From a virus, in IMG/VR virus record IMGVR_UViG_3300035180_002574, positions 64,001 to 128,000 of that record: a stretch of DNA of 64,000 nucleotides; one strand, written 5' to 3'. The position numbers and the translations under genes are program-made. The notes beneath the pieces are model-generated. The model made no database searches, was not told the origin of the DNA, and saw only the letters and a program-made list of their open reading frames with translations. Shown here in pieces: positions 36,682-47,602 of this stretch. Position 1 is the first letter of the stretch. Each line of letters starts with the position of its first letter.

Positions 36682-37035
36682 TTATTTAGATTCTCCAGGT
36701 AATTTAGGCTCTCTAGGACCTACATTGCCCTCTACGGACAATGCTTCTTCTACATTTGCTACAACGACTCGTGTTAAATCTTCTATAAATTCATCTAGTT
36801 TTTCAACATCTACATTATTTATGTTATGGTATTTGATTACATTAGATGCAGCAACCCATAAATTTTTGTAAACATCCTCTTCCATTTCACTAGAACTATA
36901 TTCTTTTTCAACATCTTCTGGTCCGGCAGCTAGAGCCTCTGTTAATCCTCCAGCTAATTTCAATAGTCCCTGTTCATGCGCCTCTTCTGCCTGAAGAGTT
37001 AATCTTTCAAAAATAATATGATTAAACTTTTTCAC
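36682..37035 (-). CDS. Small acidic hypothetical protein
   Basis: 117-aa ORF with AGGAG RBS. Confidence 0.65.
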   Translation of the reverse strand: MKKFNHIIFERLTLQAEEAHEQGLLKLAGGLTEALAAGPEDVEKEYSSSEMEEDVYKNLWVAASNVIKYHNINNVDVEKLDEFIEDLTRVVVANVEEALSVEGNVGPREPKLPGESK

Positions 37036-37044
37036 AATAACTCC

Positions 37045-39060
37045 TTATATAGATCCGCCTCGTACTTTATTCACAAGCCTGTCTTGCAAGATTAAGCTTT
37101 CTGCATTAACACTTATATTTCCATCCGCAGAAAAAGATATGTTTTTATTTGAATGAAACGCCATATTTCCTGGAGAAATGATAGATAAATTACCGCTATC
37201 ATCAACTCTTATAAGAGTGGCAAATCCGCCCTTATTTAATATGCGAATATCTAGCGAAGCTCCAATTTGCCCATTATTTAAGCTAGAAAATCTACTATCT
37301 GTAGAAACTCCAAATCCACCTATTTGCCAAATCACATTACCATCCATAGATACTACTGCACTGTTATTGTTACGATCTCTTCCTATATTCGCAACAATAC
37401 CTCCAGCCGTATCTAACCATAAAGACTGCCTATCTATAGTGTTGGCTCCAATATTAAGCTCTAAAGAGCCATCAAGATTAATTGATCCGCTCCTACCGCC
37501 AGCATTAGCATTATCTCCAGAAACGTTTATTTTATTACTTACGACATTTGTAAGAATTGGAATATCTGCTGTTTGAAGTGGAAAAACAGGGAAACCCCAT
37601 TCGTTTGGATATGCTAAACGGTCTAATGATTGATGAGCGTAGCATGTATTCAAAATATCATGATACACTGTACCATGCTTGATATGAACTCCAGTTATTC
37701 TATCGATAGGAGCGCCATTAGCCCCATCATTAGATAAGACAATAGAACCTCTTTCAGTATTTGTAGTTACACCATCATTGATTAAATTAATAGATGGTGC
37801 GGCAAAAGAATCGTGAAGAATATCTAAATTATCTTTTCTAAAAATTAATTTGTTTGGATTATTGTTATCCTCGTCTCCAGTTGTTGAATAATTTTCATAC
37901 CTGGTTAATAAAGAAATGTTTCCTCGTTCAGAGGATGCCGGAACATTAATTTTAAATTGACCCTCTTTATCAATATCAAAAAAGAACCTACTTCTATTTC
38001 TGGCGTAATCGGAGTTTGAATTAATATCTGGAAGAGTTAATTGATTAGTTGTTGAGCTTATCAAGTCTTTTCTAGCATTTATTTCAAAATGAAATGCTAT
38101 ACTTTTTCTTTCTAATTCCTTAATAGCTAAAAAGGCACTCTTTTTATTATCTCCCTTAAGAGTTATCGTATCTTTACCAACTGGTAATGGGACGCGATTG
38201 ATATCTAAAATGTTTCCAAAGATATCAACAACCGTTCCCTTTACCGTCTCCATTAAATGGTTTGGGTAGGCAAGAGTAAGGCTTAATGTATCTGCTCTGC
38301 TTAATCTTCTATTTGGAAATGTAAAGTTTGTTTTGGTTGTATTACTAGTTCCATAAAACAAAGATTCGGTGTAATCATCATTAACTGCGGAGTTATTATT
38401 GAACTCATAAACTAATTCTCTGTTTTCAACAAACGCCGGATTCTTGGCGGGACCCGAAACTAAAGAGTTTGTTTTTACTGTCGGGTCTAGTCCAATAATA
38501 TCAAATTTAGAATCATAAATATCGCTTGTTAATTTGGCGTTTTGACTAAAATTAGTATTGGGTTTTAGGTCTCTTTTAATCGGACCCGTTACAGATCGCG
38601 TGCCTTGAGTAAAATGATTGGAACTATCAAAATTGCTAGTAATTAAATTACTGGACGCATTAATGTGGATGAAACTATCATCATCGCCAATGATGATATC
38701 ACTAGATTTTGATAATGTAATTTTTGCATAATCACCAGCCGATATTTTAATCGTGTCAGTATCTACATCAGGAACTGCCGCTGTATTTTCTGCTAAGAAA
38801 GAAACGAAATAATTACTTCCACCATTACCCTGCCCAATAATAACTGTCGATCCCAACGTAGGAAGAGAGCCCATAAACAATCCATTATAAAATAATGGAT
38901 ATGGAATTGGTACGGGGACTGGCTTCGGGTTTTGTCCTTTGATGGCAAGATTGGTGGTCAGTTGAACCAACATTACCCCTCTGGATTTATCGTATCCAAC
39001 GATAGATCCTCTTTTTAATAAACCTACTTTCTCTTGAAAATCTTGTTTTTTATGTTGCAT
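37045..39060 (-). CDS. Baseplate central spike (gp5/gpV/VgrG-like)
   Basis: N-terminal OB-like segment (GSIVGYD..GVMLVQL..SLPTLGSTVIIG); C-terminal short beta-strand repeats; follows the hub gene. Confidence 0.7.
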   Translation of the reverse strand: MQHKKQDFQEKVGLLKRGSIVGYDKSRGVMLVQLTTNLAIKGQNPKPVPVPIPYPLFYNGLFMGSLPTLGSTVIIGQGNGGSNYFVSFLAENTAAVPDVDTDTIKISAGDYAKITLSKSSDIIIGDDDSFIHINASSNLITSNFDSSNHFTQGTRSVTGPIKRDLKPNTNFSQNAKLTSDIYDSKFDIIGLDPTVKTNSLVSGPAKNPAFVENRELVYEFNNNSAVNDDYTESLFYGTSNTTKTNFTFPNRRLSRADTLSLTLAYPNHLMETVKGTVVDIFGNILDINRVPLPVGKDTITLKGDNKKSAFLAIKELERKSIAFHFEINARKDLISSTTNQLTLPDINSNSDYARNRSRFFFDIDKEGQFKINVPASSERGNISLLTRYENYSTTGDEDNNNPNKLIFRKDNLDILHDSFAAPSINLINDGVTTNTERGSIVLSNDGANGAPIDRITGVHIKHGTVYHDILNTCYAHQSLDRLAYPNEWGFPVFPLQTADIPILTNVVSNKINVSGDNANAGGRSGSINLDGSLELNIGANTIDRQSLWLDTAGGIVANIGRDRNNNSAVVSMDGNVIWQIGGFGVSTDSRFSSLNNGQIGASLDIRILNKGGFATLIRVDDSGNLSIISPGNMAFHSNKNISFSADGNISVNAESLILQDRLVNKVRGGSI

Positions 39061-42000
39061 TGGATGATCCAGAGGTGGAGGAATTGGTGTTTGTAGGAGT
39101 TATTCCAACGTTAGTAAACGTTACCCAGCAATCTATTATGTATTTGAACAAACTTATTCTTAATTTATCATGCTCAACCTTTACATTACCAGAACTTCCA
39201 GAATTATCTTTTCCAGATGTTGGAGTTATTGGATTTCCACCATCGCTGGTGTTTGTTGGTGGTGATGCGCCGCCACCACTTACGCTGACTGAATTTATTT
39301 GATTTCTAGAGTAATCTATAGCCTTCTGTGACGGAGACCTAAATTCATTCTCAGAACTCATATTAACGAATGTTATTTGAACATACCCATCGCCAAGCGG
39401 AGGGGGATTATTTGCCTGTTTTGGATTATTATTTCCAACAAAAACTCCCCTAACAATATTTGCAAAATTTTTCAAATCAGGATCTGGCTGCCCCACGATA
39501 TCATCATAATATAATCTTAATTCTAACTTAGCTAAATAATTATTTCCTCGCGTATTGTTGCCATTGATAACGTTAGCTACAGTAAATAAGATATTATTAA
39601 TTACAGTACTATTCTCTTCAGATAGCGGAGTAGGTGGAACGCTATCTTGTCCTCCAACTGCACTGCCTGATTTGTTTGGATTTTCTGGTCTTACTAAAAC
39701 TCCCATACTAATATCGTCGGTTACTCCAGATTGTCTCTGTACTGTAAATGATGCAATGTCTTTGTTTTTATAAATTAGCTTACCAAATATGTCCAGAGTA
39801 GTAGGAATATATTCTCCTGGTGTATGACCATATGAAAGATCTAATTGAGTAGTAAAAGATCCCCCAGTTGCGGCATACGAAAAAGTATGAGTAACTTTAG
39901 TTACATAGAAAAGCATTCCTCTATCTTCGATGAAAACTACTTCTCCTGGCTGCATATATTCATTGCCAGAAATGGTAACGGTGCCTCTAAAAATGTTTTT
40001 TCTTGCCATGCTTAGTAACATAGTTGCAAACGGAGCGCACTGACTTACAGGATCTTTTAAGAAAGGAACGGTTATTGGAGCTGGGTGTTTTAAGCCATAA
40101 TTCCTCCACATATCGTAGTCTATGGCAACCGCAGAGGTCATGCCATTTCCAAAATTTGGAACATCTAGACCTTGAACATTATTGTCTGATTGTGAAGCAA
40201 AATCATTAATGTATCCATGAACTTCTACCATGCTATAATCTGGTGGGTTTTCCCAAATACTAATATCTCTTATCTGGCTTCTCTTAATAATATATCTACT
40301 GCCAGATCCCAGACCATAATCATCGTACCCTTCATCTTCAATCATATGTTCAAACACTTCCGGTATGTTTTTATTTCCAAACAAACCAGGAGCCATCAAT
40401 CTGTTAGCGACCTTTCCATTATCTTCATCTAGCGATTTGAATTCGTTTGCGTTTTTTAATGAAGAGTAAAGTAATTTTAATACTTTTTGTCTTTCTTTTA
40501 TCTTATCGGCAAGATCAGATGTTACCTTAAAATAATCTATTTTAGTATAGTTGGGCAATTCGGCGCCGGGCGCTGATTTTCCATTATTATATTCAAAATA
40601 TGTTCTTGGAATTCTTTGCCCAGATTTTGTTTGAATTCTAGATATTAAATCATCCACATATGAATTTGACTCAAAAGATTTAGTAGCTCCCAAAGAGCCA
40701 CCAACAGTAGATGTGTCCTTTAAAAACTTAACTAAACTATTATACCTATCCCCATTGGTATAAACAGCTTTTGTAGAAGATACTTGCTGTTTAAGTGCGT
40801 TAAAAGATTGATCTCTTTTACTGTCTTGCGTGTCTGGATTTGCCGATTTTAATAAGCTAGCTACATCTGATACAGATCCAGTATTTGCATCAGATAAGAA
40901 TAAGAAGGCGCTATCAGAGGTATTAGAAGAGGCTCCCGATCCGCTAATAAAACCTATGGCAGATTTATCGTCATTGAATCCTAATACAGCACAATCTAAC
41001 CTAATACCATCTTCTAGGATCTCTACTCTTTCTCTTAATGTTTTCAGTTGTCCATTAAATAAATCACTTAAGAATTCTGGAAATACTTGAATTCCCAAAG
41101 TTTGCTTCAAATACATCATACGATAAAACACAGAGCTTGGCATCCTATTATATTGTGGAGGACGTACCCTAATATGACCCTGCGTGTCTGCGAATACTTC
41201 AAGATTTAATAAATGAGCAACTTGCTGAATTCTTTGTTTTGTTGATGTAAACTCTTGGTTATAAAGGGCTGTTCCCCCAGCTATAGCTTTATCAAAAGCT
41301 AAAATATCATAATCTTTATCATAAAAATCATCAACAATAAATAAATTCTTGTCACTGTTAGCACGAACATCGTATGACATTCTTCTAGTTAATTGGTTTA
41401 TTTGACGTCTTAGATTCCTTCTAAACTCTGGGTCTGCCGATTGTTTAGATGCAGCGCTAGAATCTACAAATTGATTGAAATCAAATGAGGTATCATTACC
41501 AATATAACTTACATAATTGACATTTTTAGACTTGTTAATCACATCTTCAATTTGATTTTGTACGTCTTTAAGTAAAACGTCTTTTTGTGCCTTAATATCT
41601 GCCATAGTATCTGCAATGTTGACGCTAGGATCTAGAATATTAAGAACACCAAAAGTTTCTGCTTGAGAATTAAGATCTGATAATAATTTAAGATTTTCTT
41701 CAATCTTCTTATTAGCGGTAGTTATTTGATAGGTGTTATTTAATGCTTGAACATATGCTTGTTCATTTATTGACAAAGTCTTGAATGGAATAAAATTACC
41801 CCATAACATGTTGGATTTAGTTAGATCTTGTCTTAATGAAGTAATGAATGAGTGCGCCGGATTTTGTAATGTTTGCGGATCATTAGAGAAACCATGCAAC
41901 TCAACGGCAGCTTTCCAATAAGTAGCGAAGTTATAAGGCTGACCAGTTATCAATAAAGATAGAGTATTCATAATGTCTTGACCAGCAAGTGGCTCAATAT

Positions 42001-44092
42001 ATGTATTTGTGTTTCCTACTTTATTTTTATCATTCATAGATAATGAACTGCCAAACTGAGTAAATACGCCTATACCTTCTTTCCATTTGTAAACTAATCC
42101 GTCTGGAGCATAATACGTTCTAGTTAGGTTTCCAGTAATTGGGTCTATGCTTTGATCATGAACTATATTGTTGCTGGTCGCGGCATTTCCTGCATATGGT
42201 CCCGCTTTTAATTTAACTATAGTTCCTTTGGTATCGGCGCCCGAAGGGCTTAATAGATATTCATTTTCTGTTAATAATTTAGGAAGCTGATCAGAGGAAT
42301 TATTGGTAATGGTATCAAAATTTGTTTTGAATGGAGTTAGTGGATCATAAATTGCTCCATTAAAATTATCGGCGCCCGGCTTAAAATTGATTTGCCCTTG
42401 ATCGAAATAATAGGTATTGTCTCTTCCACTAACACTAACACTAAACTTGCCATCATGCCAGCTATCTCTAGCGGACTCTATTACCCCAGCTATGACATGA
42501 GTTCCTTCACGTTCATTAACGAATTGATTTCTCATAATTGCCCAAAGATAATTTGGGAAATCAGACCCTACATATATAGATTTTTCTAGTTGAATATTTA
42601 TATCACTTGGATGAAATGCTAAATTAAAAGAGCTTTTCAAATCCGTAAATGTTTTATTGAGATTTTGTAAAATACCATTACCAGTAAACATATTATTAAG
42701 ACCAGATAATAACTTATTATCGAATCTGCTTTTGGAGCTTAAATAAATATGAACAACGTCCATAGGCTGGATTATTTGTTTGCCTGCGAAATTGAATCTT
42801 AATTTTCTTCTAGCATAATTAGTATTTTTGTTATTTACTATTATGGCATTTCTTGAATTAGACTCTAATTGTATTTTAGAATAAATGGCAACGATTACTG
42901 ATTTAAAAGCGCTCAATTCGTCGCCCGATTCTAGCCCATCAAATCCTGCAACTTCTCCATCTTTAAGATATTCGTCCGCTATCGTTACACTATTAGGAGA
43001 TGATCCGCCCAATCCAGGAAAGCCCGTTCCTCCAGTAGAATCATAAGAAAATACTAATTCAATACCAGACCTTGCAATAACTGTAGTAACTCTTTGACCT
43101 AATAAAGTATCTGGGCTAACATAAAAATCAATAGCGCTTGCTTTCCTGGCAGCTCTCATTTTATTCAATCGAGCTTTATTACTGTCTATGATTTGTTCTA
43201 CGCTTGTTTGTCCAAATTGATAGCTCTTATGTTTATAGAAAGAATTTGAAGCATCACTAATTGCTTTTTCAATATCCCATTCAGTTATCAACATTGCTTG
43301 ATAGGGATCTACAATAGAAAATGAGAAACCCCCATCCATATTAGTGGATGTATTTGTAGTTAAACTGGTAAAATTAGTTATTTCGATTGTTCCAGTTCCA
43401 GTACCTAACGTAGTTTTATATAACCCATTAGGATCAGTGATCCAGGTAGTTAATTTGTTGGAAGAATTAAATGAATAGACCTTTCTCATACGATCTATCA
43501 CTTTTACTAATTTACCAAAATCCATAGTTAAAAATGGATTATTTGATCCAAACCCTCTAATTGATAATTGAGTTCCTGGTACAATACCACTACCATTAGC
43601 AAACGCATCTGTTAATGTATCGGTAATAGAAAATAAAATGGGCATCAGCTGTGCATCCAATTGACCCACAGCTGAGGATATTTTTTCTAACTTGGCAAGT
43701 TTTTCTAATGCTGCAATTTGATTAGATTTGTTTTGAAATAAAATGCGCATGGCACGGAAATAGAATTTTTCATCCCTATCCATAAAATCTGGTCTGAAAT
43801 TTTCCGCAACAGATGTAAACATTCTCTTTTTTAGAAGAATGGTTCCCGAAGGTTCTTGCATAAGAATTTCAAATTGTTTTGGATCTGTATTGTAAGGGTC
43901 TCTTCTTAGATATCCTTCTTCAACATATCTTCTTTCAGCAGACTGATCAAAATGTTGAGCAAAATCCCCTAATGAACCATACTTTTGTTGTTTTCCCGTA
44001 ACTGGATCAATAATATCCAAAGAATGGTTATTATTATCCCCCAAAGAATATTGAGAAGAAATTTGATCTGCTAATTTAGCCAAAAAACTCAT
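39050..44092 (-). CDS. Baseplate hub (gp27/gpD-like), 1680 aa with insertions
   Basis: IQPMDVVHIY, SVSGRD, LEVFADTQGHIRVRPP, RGTVTISGNEYMQPGEVVFI..FYVTKVTHTF. Confidence 0.75.
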   Translation of the reverse strand: MSFLAKLADQISSQYSLGDNNNHSLDIIDPVTGKQQKYGSLGDFAQHFDQSAERRYVEEGYLRRDPYNTDPKQFEILMQEPSGTILLKKRMFTSVAENFRPDFMDRDEKFYFRAMRILFQNKSNQIAALEKLAKLEKISSAVGQLDAQLMPILFSITDTLTDAFANGSGIVPGTQLSIRGFGSNNPFLTMDFGKLVKVIDRMRKVYSFNSSNKLTTWITDPNGLYKTTLGTGTGTIEITNFTSLTTNTSTNMDGGFSFSIVDPYQAMLITEWDIEKAISDASNSFYKHKSYQFGQTSVEQIIDSNKARLNKMRAARKASAIDFYVSPDTLLGQRVTTVIARSGIELVFSYDSTGGTGFPGLGGSSPNSVTIADEYLKDGEVAGFDGLESGDELSAFKSVIVAIYSKIQLESNSRNAIIVNNKNTNYARRKLRFNFAGKQIIQPMDVVHIYLSSKSRFDNKLLSGLNNMFTGNGILQNLNKTFTDLKSSFNLAFHPSDINIQLEKSIYVGSDFPNYLWAIMRNQFVNEREGTHVIAGVIESARDSWHDGKFSVSVSGRDNTYYFDQGQINFKPGADNFNGAIYDPLTPFKTNFDTITNNSSDQLPKLLTENEYLLSPSGADTKGTIVKLKAGPYAGNAATSNNIVHDQSIDPITGNLTRTYYAPDGLVYKWKEGIGVFTQFGSSLSMNDKNKVGNTNTYIEPLAGQDIMNTLSLLITGQPYNFATYWKAAVELHGFSNDPQTLQNPAHSFITSLRQDLTKSNMLWGNFIPFKTLSINEQAYVQALNNTYQITTANKKIEENLKLLSDLNSQAETFGVLNILDPSVNIADTMADIKAQKDVLLKDVQNQIEDVINKSKNVNYVSYIGNDTSFDFNQFVDSSAASKQSADPEFRRNLRRQINQLTRRMSYDVRANSDKNLFIVDDFYDKDYDILAFDKAIAGGTALYNQEFTSTKQRIQQVAHLLNLEVFADTQGHIRVRPPQYNRMPSSVFYRMMYLKQTLGIQVFPEFLSDLFNGQLKTLRERVEILEDGIRLDCAVLGFNDDKSAIGFISGSGASSNTSDSAFLFLSDANTGSVSDVASLLKSANPDTQDSKRDQSFNALKQQVSSTKAVYTNGDRYNSLVKFLKDTSTVGGSLGATKSFESNSYVDDLISRIQTKSGQRIPRTYFEYNNGKSAPGAELPNYTKIDYFKVTSDLADKIKERQKVLKLLYSSLKNANEFKSLDEDNGKVANRLMAPGLFGNKNIPEVFEHMIEDEGYDDYGLGSGSRYIIKRSQIRDISIWENPPDYSMVEVHGYINDFASQSDNNVQGLDVPNFGNGMTSAVAIDYDMWRNYGLKHPAPITVPFLKDPVSQCAPFATMLLSMARKNIFRGTVTISGNEYMQPGEVVFIEDRGMLFYVTKVTHTFSYAATGGSFTTQLDLSYGHTPGEYIPTTLDIFGKLIYKNKDIASFTVQRQSGVTDDISMGVLVRPENPNKSGSAVGGQDSVPPTPLSEENSTVINNILFTVANVINGNNTRGNNYLAKLELRLYYDDIVGQPDPDLKNFANIVRGVFVGNNNPKQANNPPPLGDGYVQITFVNMSSENEFRSPSQKAIDYSRNQINSVSVSGGGASPPTNTSDGGNPITPTSGKDNSGSSGNVKVEHDKLRISLFKYIIDCWVTFTNVGITPTNTNSSTSGSSNAT

Positions 44093-44101
44093 TAATTGCC
44101 T

Positions 44102-44968
44102 TTAAAATGCTACATTTTTAATGTCATCCAAGTTAAATGAACTTGGAGTTCCATATTGGCTTGGACCTTGTGTCGGTGTACGATGGAATGGAAAGTAATT
44201 AGTTCTATATCCTCTTCTTTGAGTTGCAATGAATGTCATATCATAGTTCCACAAAAAATTATCAGCAGCTTCAGTGACCGTCATATTTTCAAAATAGCCA
44301 CGATACACCCAGCCACCATAATACATTTCCACTCCGAAAGCTAATTGGGCTAATGAAGTTATGTTTTGTGCGCTCAAAGTATTTTGAGGCGAATTCATTC
44401 CTAAAATACTACCCAATAAATTACTTCCGGCTGAGGACCCTGAAGTTCCACCAATAAGACCTCCTACAGCGCCCCCAATGCCATTTATTAAATTGCCTGA
44501 AAGATCTGCCGAGGCGTTGTTGGCGGCTAATGTTAATCCCACAGAATCGAAGGCATATTGTTCTGAGCGATAGATTTCATAAAGCATATTTATGCCCTCT
44601 ACGCCAGAACTACCAGTAGTGCCATTGATTGCGATGCTGGTTAAATCCTCTCCCCAATATTGTAGAGTGAATCCGCCTTTAGTTCTATCTTTAGATATAG
44701 CCTTTCTATGCGTATATATTATTCTGGATGGATTAACATACATTCTTACAATTCCAAATTCTGGAACAAACCAAGTTATTATATTTCTTTTAGTTTGACC
44801 ACTATTATAGGATGGTACCTTAGTGTATGGAAGACCATTACCATCCGCAGAAAATGTAGATGGCAATAAAAATCCATCATTTTTAAATTGATTCCGCTGC
44901 GAAGGATCAAGTGGTGTGTTATTATTAATGAAGTCTTGTGTAGCATTCAAAGAGTCTAAAATGGACAT
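44102..44968 (-). CDS. Tail tube initiator-like baseplate protein
   Basis: MYVNPSRI..R..TKGGF..QYWGEDL..I.INGTTG; YRGYFENMTVTE..WNYDMTF; directly after the tape measure. Confidence 0.7.
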   Translation of the reverse strand: MSILDSLNATQDFINNNTPLDPSQRNQFKNDGFLLPSTFSADGNGLPYTKVPSYNSGQTKRNIITWFVPEFGIVRMYVNPSRIIYTHRKAISKDRTKGGFTLQYWGEDLTSIAINGTTGSSGVEGINMLYEIYRSEQYAFDSVGLTLAANNASADLSGNLINGIGGAVGGLIGGTSGSSAGSNLLGSILGMNSPQNTLSAQNITSLAQLAFGVEMYYGGWVYRGYFENMTVTEAADNFLWNYDMTFIATQRRGYRTNYFPFHRTPTQGPSQYGTPSSFNLDDIKNVAF

Positions 44969-44984
44969 ATAAGTTCCTTATTAT

Positions 44985-47249
44985 TTAGATTTTTCCATTT
45001 ATAGGTAAGACCGCTTTTGCTTGCTCATCTTCCAAACGATCGCCGCAATTGATACAATATCCAGTTATTCTAACGTCTAATGCTCCAGAAACCGGAATTG
45101 GTCTGTCAGCAGTCATTAAACCATTATCGGCACCACCAGGAGTACCAGCTGTCGCCATTCTATTTCTAACAGCAACTGAGGTTGCAGATTTCAACCCACC
45201 ACCAGGACTATAAACTTCTCCTGCAACTTGGAAGGATTCTGCGCCACCAATCGGAGGCATGTTGGCGCCTAAAACAGCTTTTGCTTGATCCAATAATCTT
45301 TCTTCCTCCACAATAGCTTTTCTGGCAGCCGCTTGCTTTTCTTTTGGAAGAGCTTTCATCTTAGCTTTTTCAATTTCGATTTGTTTTCTTAAATTTTCAA
45401 CTTCAGCCGCCAAAGCTTTTTTGTCATTTGGAGTAACAAGTGCTGCTTGTAAATGACTAACAGTTTCAGACATATTAGTTGATAAATTATTATAAAATGA
45501 TTTGAAGTTCTGTATATTTTTGATTACACTAGCTGATCTTGTGTCTCCGACCAATCCACTTTTAACTGCAGCGGCATAATTATCAACATCAGCGCCGCCC
45601 CCGGCGGCACCTTCTCTCATAAAAGTTTTAGTAGAATTTTTTGCGCCCATAGATTCAGTTGCAAGTCCATAATTAATGACGCCTGCAGTACGTTGAGTAG
45701 ATTCCATAATAGAGCGCATAACGCTAATATCAGTGCCCATTTTTTCTTGTATTTTAGTTCCCTTATCTATACTATCGCCTAAAATGTCTTCTTTCAAAGC
45801 CCCTGGTTTAATTTTTCCAGTATCCAATCCCTTCATAGCTTCTAACATTCTATAGGCGTCCTGATCTGATTTAACCATACTACCCAAGGGACCCGATTTC
45901 ATGATTTGGATTTGTCTAGTTAGTTGGGCGGCGGCGCCTTGATTAGAAGATGCCTCATCTAGAGTAACAATGTTTCCAAGCTGTTGTCTCATTTGATCGC
46001 GCATTTTGGTTAATACACCAGTAAAATCTCCGTCGCGCATCATCTTTTCAATTTGAAATGCCCCCATTAATCCGCCAGGTCCACCAGTTTGAGCGGAAAG
46101 AAATGCTTTTTGCTGAATATTCATTCCAGCAATCGCATCTTCCATTCCTCTCATAACATCAAGGGCATGTGTTCCTGACATTCCCGTTGCTTTTAATGCT
46201 TGCACATATTCATTGGTAGCCTTAGCCAAACCTTCTGCCATCCTTGCTGATTTTTCTCCAACATCAGCAAATCGAGCAAAGGCGCCAGCAGCGCTAGTAA
46301 GATTACTTGTTACTGTCTGAAGATCTACTCCAAGATTATTTGCAACCTCTCCCATTCTGGCTGAAAATTTTAAAGCATCTTCACCAACTAAACCATAATT
46401 TTTAAAGGCTACCGTTAAATCAGATACTATTTCTTTAAAATCCCTTCCAGTTCCCTGAGATAATTTAATAGCGGCTGTTAACATATTCATGGTTTTACCA
46501 GATGTTTCTGTTACATGAATCATAGATTCAAAAGCTCCTGGAATTTTCCCTAATTCCATATAATACTTTTCAACATGTTCAGCAGACAAAAGAGTTGCTC
46601 TAGATGCCGCATTAATATAGTCGCTTTGTCTATTAACGATTTCGTTTAAACCCTTTAATTCCGGACCTGCTGCGGAAAACACCCTTCCTAAATTGCCTGT
46701 TTGGGCAGACAACGCAATGAACTCTTTTTGTAATCTAGCTGCATTATCAGCAGACAGTGCCAAACGTTCAACATAATCCATAAGTGCAGCGCCACCAGTT
46801 TTTAATTTCTCAATTGGGATAGAATGACCTAAAGTTTTAGCAAAACCAGCTAATTTAGCAATAGCTCCGCCATTTTGTTGAATGTCGTATGTAAGATATT
46901 TTAATTGCTCTGAGAATCCTGCGCCCTCTAATTGAACTCCGGAAAATGCGGCACGAACACCTATCAAACCATTAGTTAATAATCCAAATTGATTAATTTG
47001 TTGCTCATTTATGTGACCAACTTTTGCAACGTTATTCATAAAACCGGAATAAGATGTTGATAAGTTGTCCATCGCATATTTTAATTTAGAAGTAGTGTCT
47101 CCAAATGCATTTAAGAAAGAATTACTTCTAGCTAATGTATCTGAAAGTCCTTTTAATGAAGTATTGGCTTGATCTGTGGCAAGCGCATAATTCTTCATTG
47201 TAGCGACATCAGAGTCGCTCATTGTTTTGAGACCATTATCATCAGCCAT
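44985..47249 (-). CDS. Tape measure protein
   Basis: Ala/Gly-rich helical 754 aa; canonical position after tube and chaperones. Confidence 0.8.
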   Translation of the reverse strand: MADDNGLKTMSDSDVATMKNYALATDQANTSLKGLSDTLARSNSFLNAFGDTTSKLKYAMDNLSTSYSGFMNNVAKVGHINEQQINQFGLLTNGLIGVRAAFSGVQLEGAGFSEQLKYLTYDIQQNGGAIAKLAGFAKTLGHSIPIEKLKTGGAALMDYVERLALSADNAARLQKEFIALSAQTGNLGRVFSAAGPELKGLNEIVNRQSDYINAASRATLLSAEHVEKYYMELGKIPGAFESMIHVTETSGKTMNMLTAAIKLSQGTGRDFKEIVSDLTVAFKNYGLVGEDALKFSARMGEVANNLGVDLQTVTSNLTSAAGAFARFADVGEKSARMAEGLAKATNEYVQALKATGMSGTHALDVMRGMEDAIAGMNIQQKAFLSAQTGGPGGLMGAFQIEKMMRDGDFTGVLTKMRDQMRQQLGNIVTLDEASSNQGAAAQLTRQIQIMKSGPLGSMVKSDQDAYRMLEAMKGLDTGKIKPGALKEDILGDSIDKGTKIQEKMGTDISVMRSIMESTQRTAGVINYGLATESMGAKNSTKTFMREGAAGGGADVDNYAAAVKSGLVGDTRSASVIKNIQNFKSFYNNLSTNMSETVSHLQAALVTPNDKKALAAEVENLRKQIEIEKAKMKALPKEKQAAARKAIVEEERLLDQAKAVLGANMPPIGGAESFQVAGEVYSPGGGLKSATSVAVRNRMATAGTPGGADNGLMTADRPIPVSGALDVRITGYCINCGDRLEDEQAKAVLPINGKI

Positions 47250-47252
47250 TTA

Positions 47253-47525
47253 TTATTCCTTTAGTTTATGTCTTCTACGACGATTGCCTTTGGACTTTTC
47301 TACCTCATGTGCATCTTTGCCAGCTTCCATAACCATGCGGGTTGATTCCTCGAATTCTTCATCAGTTGATTCGTGAGTGCCCTGGTCTAACAAACTTTTA
47401 ACAGCTTCAGGATTAAAGAAAGATCCCACTAAATATGCGTGATTTTTAGCTAGTTCCATCCGATCTTTTTGATCAGCAAGCCAATGATTGAACATGTACC
47501 ATTTCTGAACCGGATCCATATCCAC
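47253..47525 (-). CDS. C-terminal T segment of the frameshifted tail assembly chaperone (G-T product about 335 aa, 47253..48259)
   Basis: Lies in the -1 frame of the upstream gene, open from the slippery site through IIFEPDHRFIWFLCKEIFHTTPDDPKI into this ORF. Confidence 0.85.
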   Translation of the reverse strand: MDMDPVQKWYMFNHWLADQKDRMELAKNHAYLVGSFFNPEAVKSLLDQGTHESTDEEFEESTRMVMEAGKDAHEVEKSKGNRRRRHKLKE

Positions 47526-47602
47526 TATTTTAGGATCATCTGGCGTTGTATGGAAAATTTCTTTGCAAAGAAACCATATAAATCGATGGTCCGGTTCAAA
47601 TA

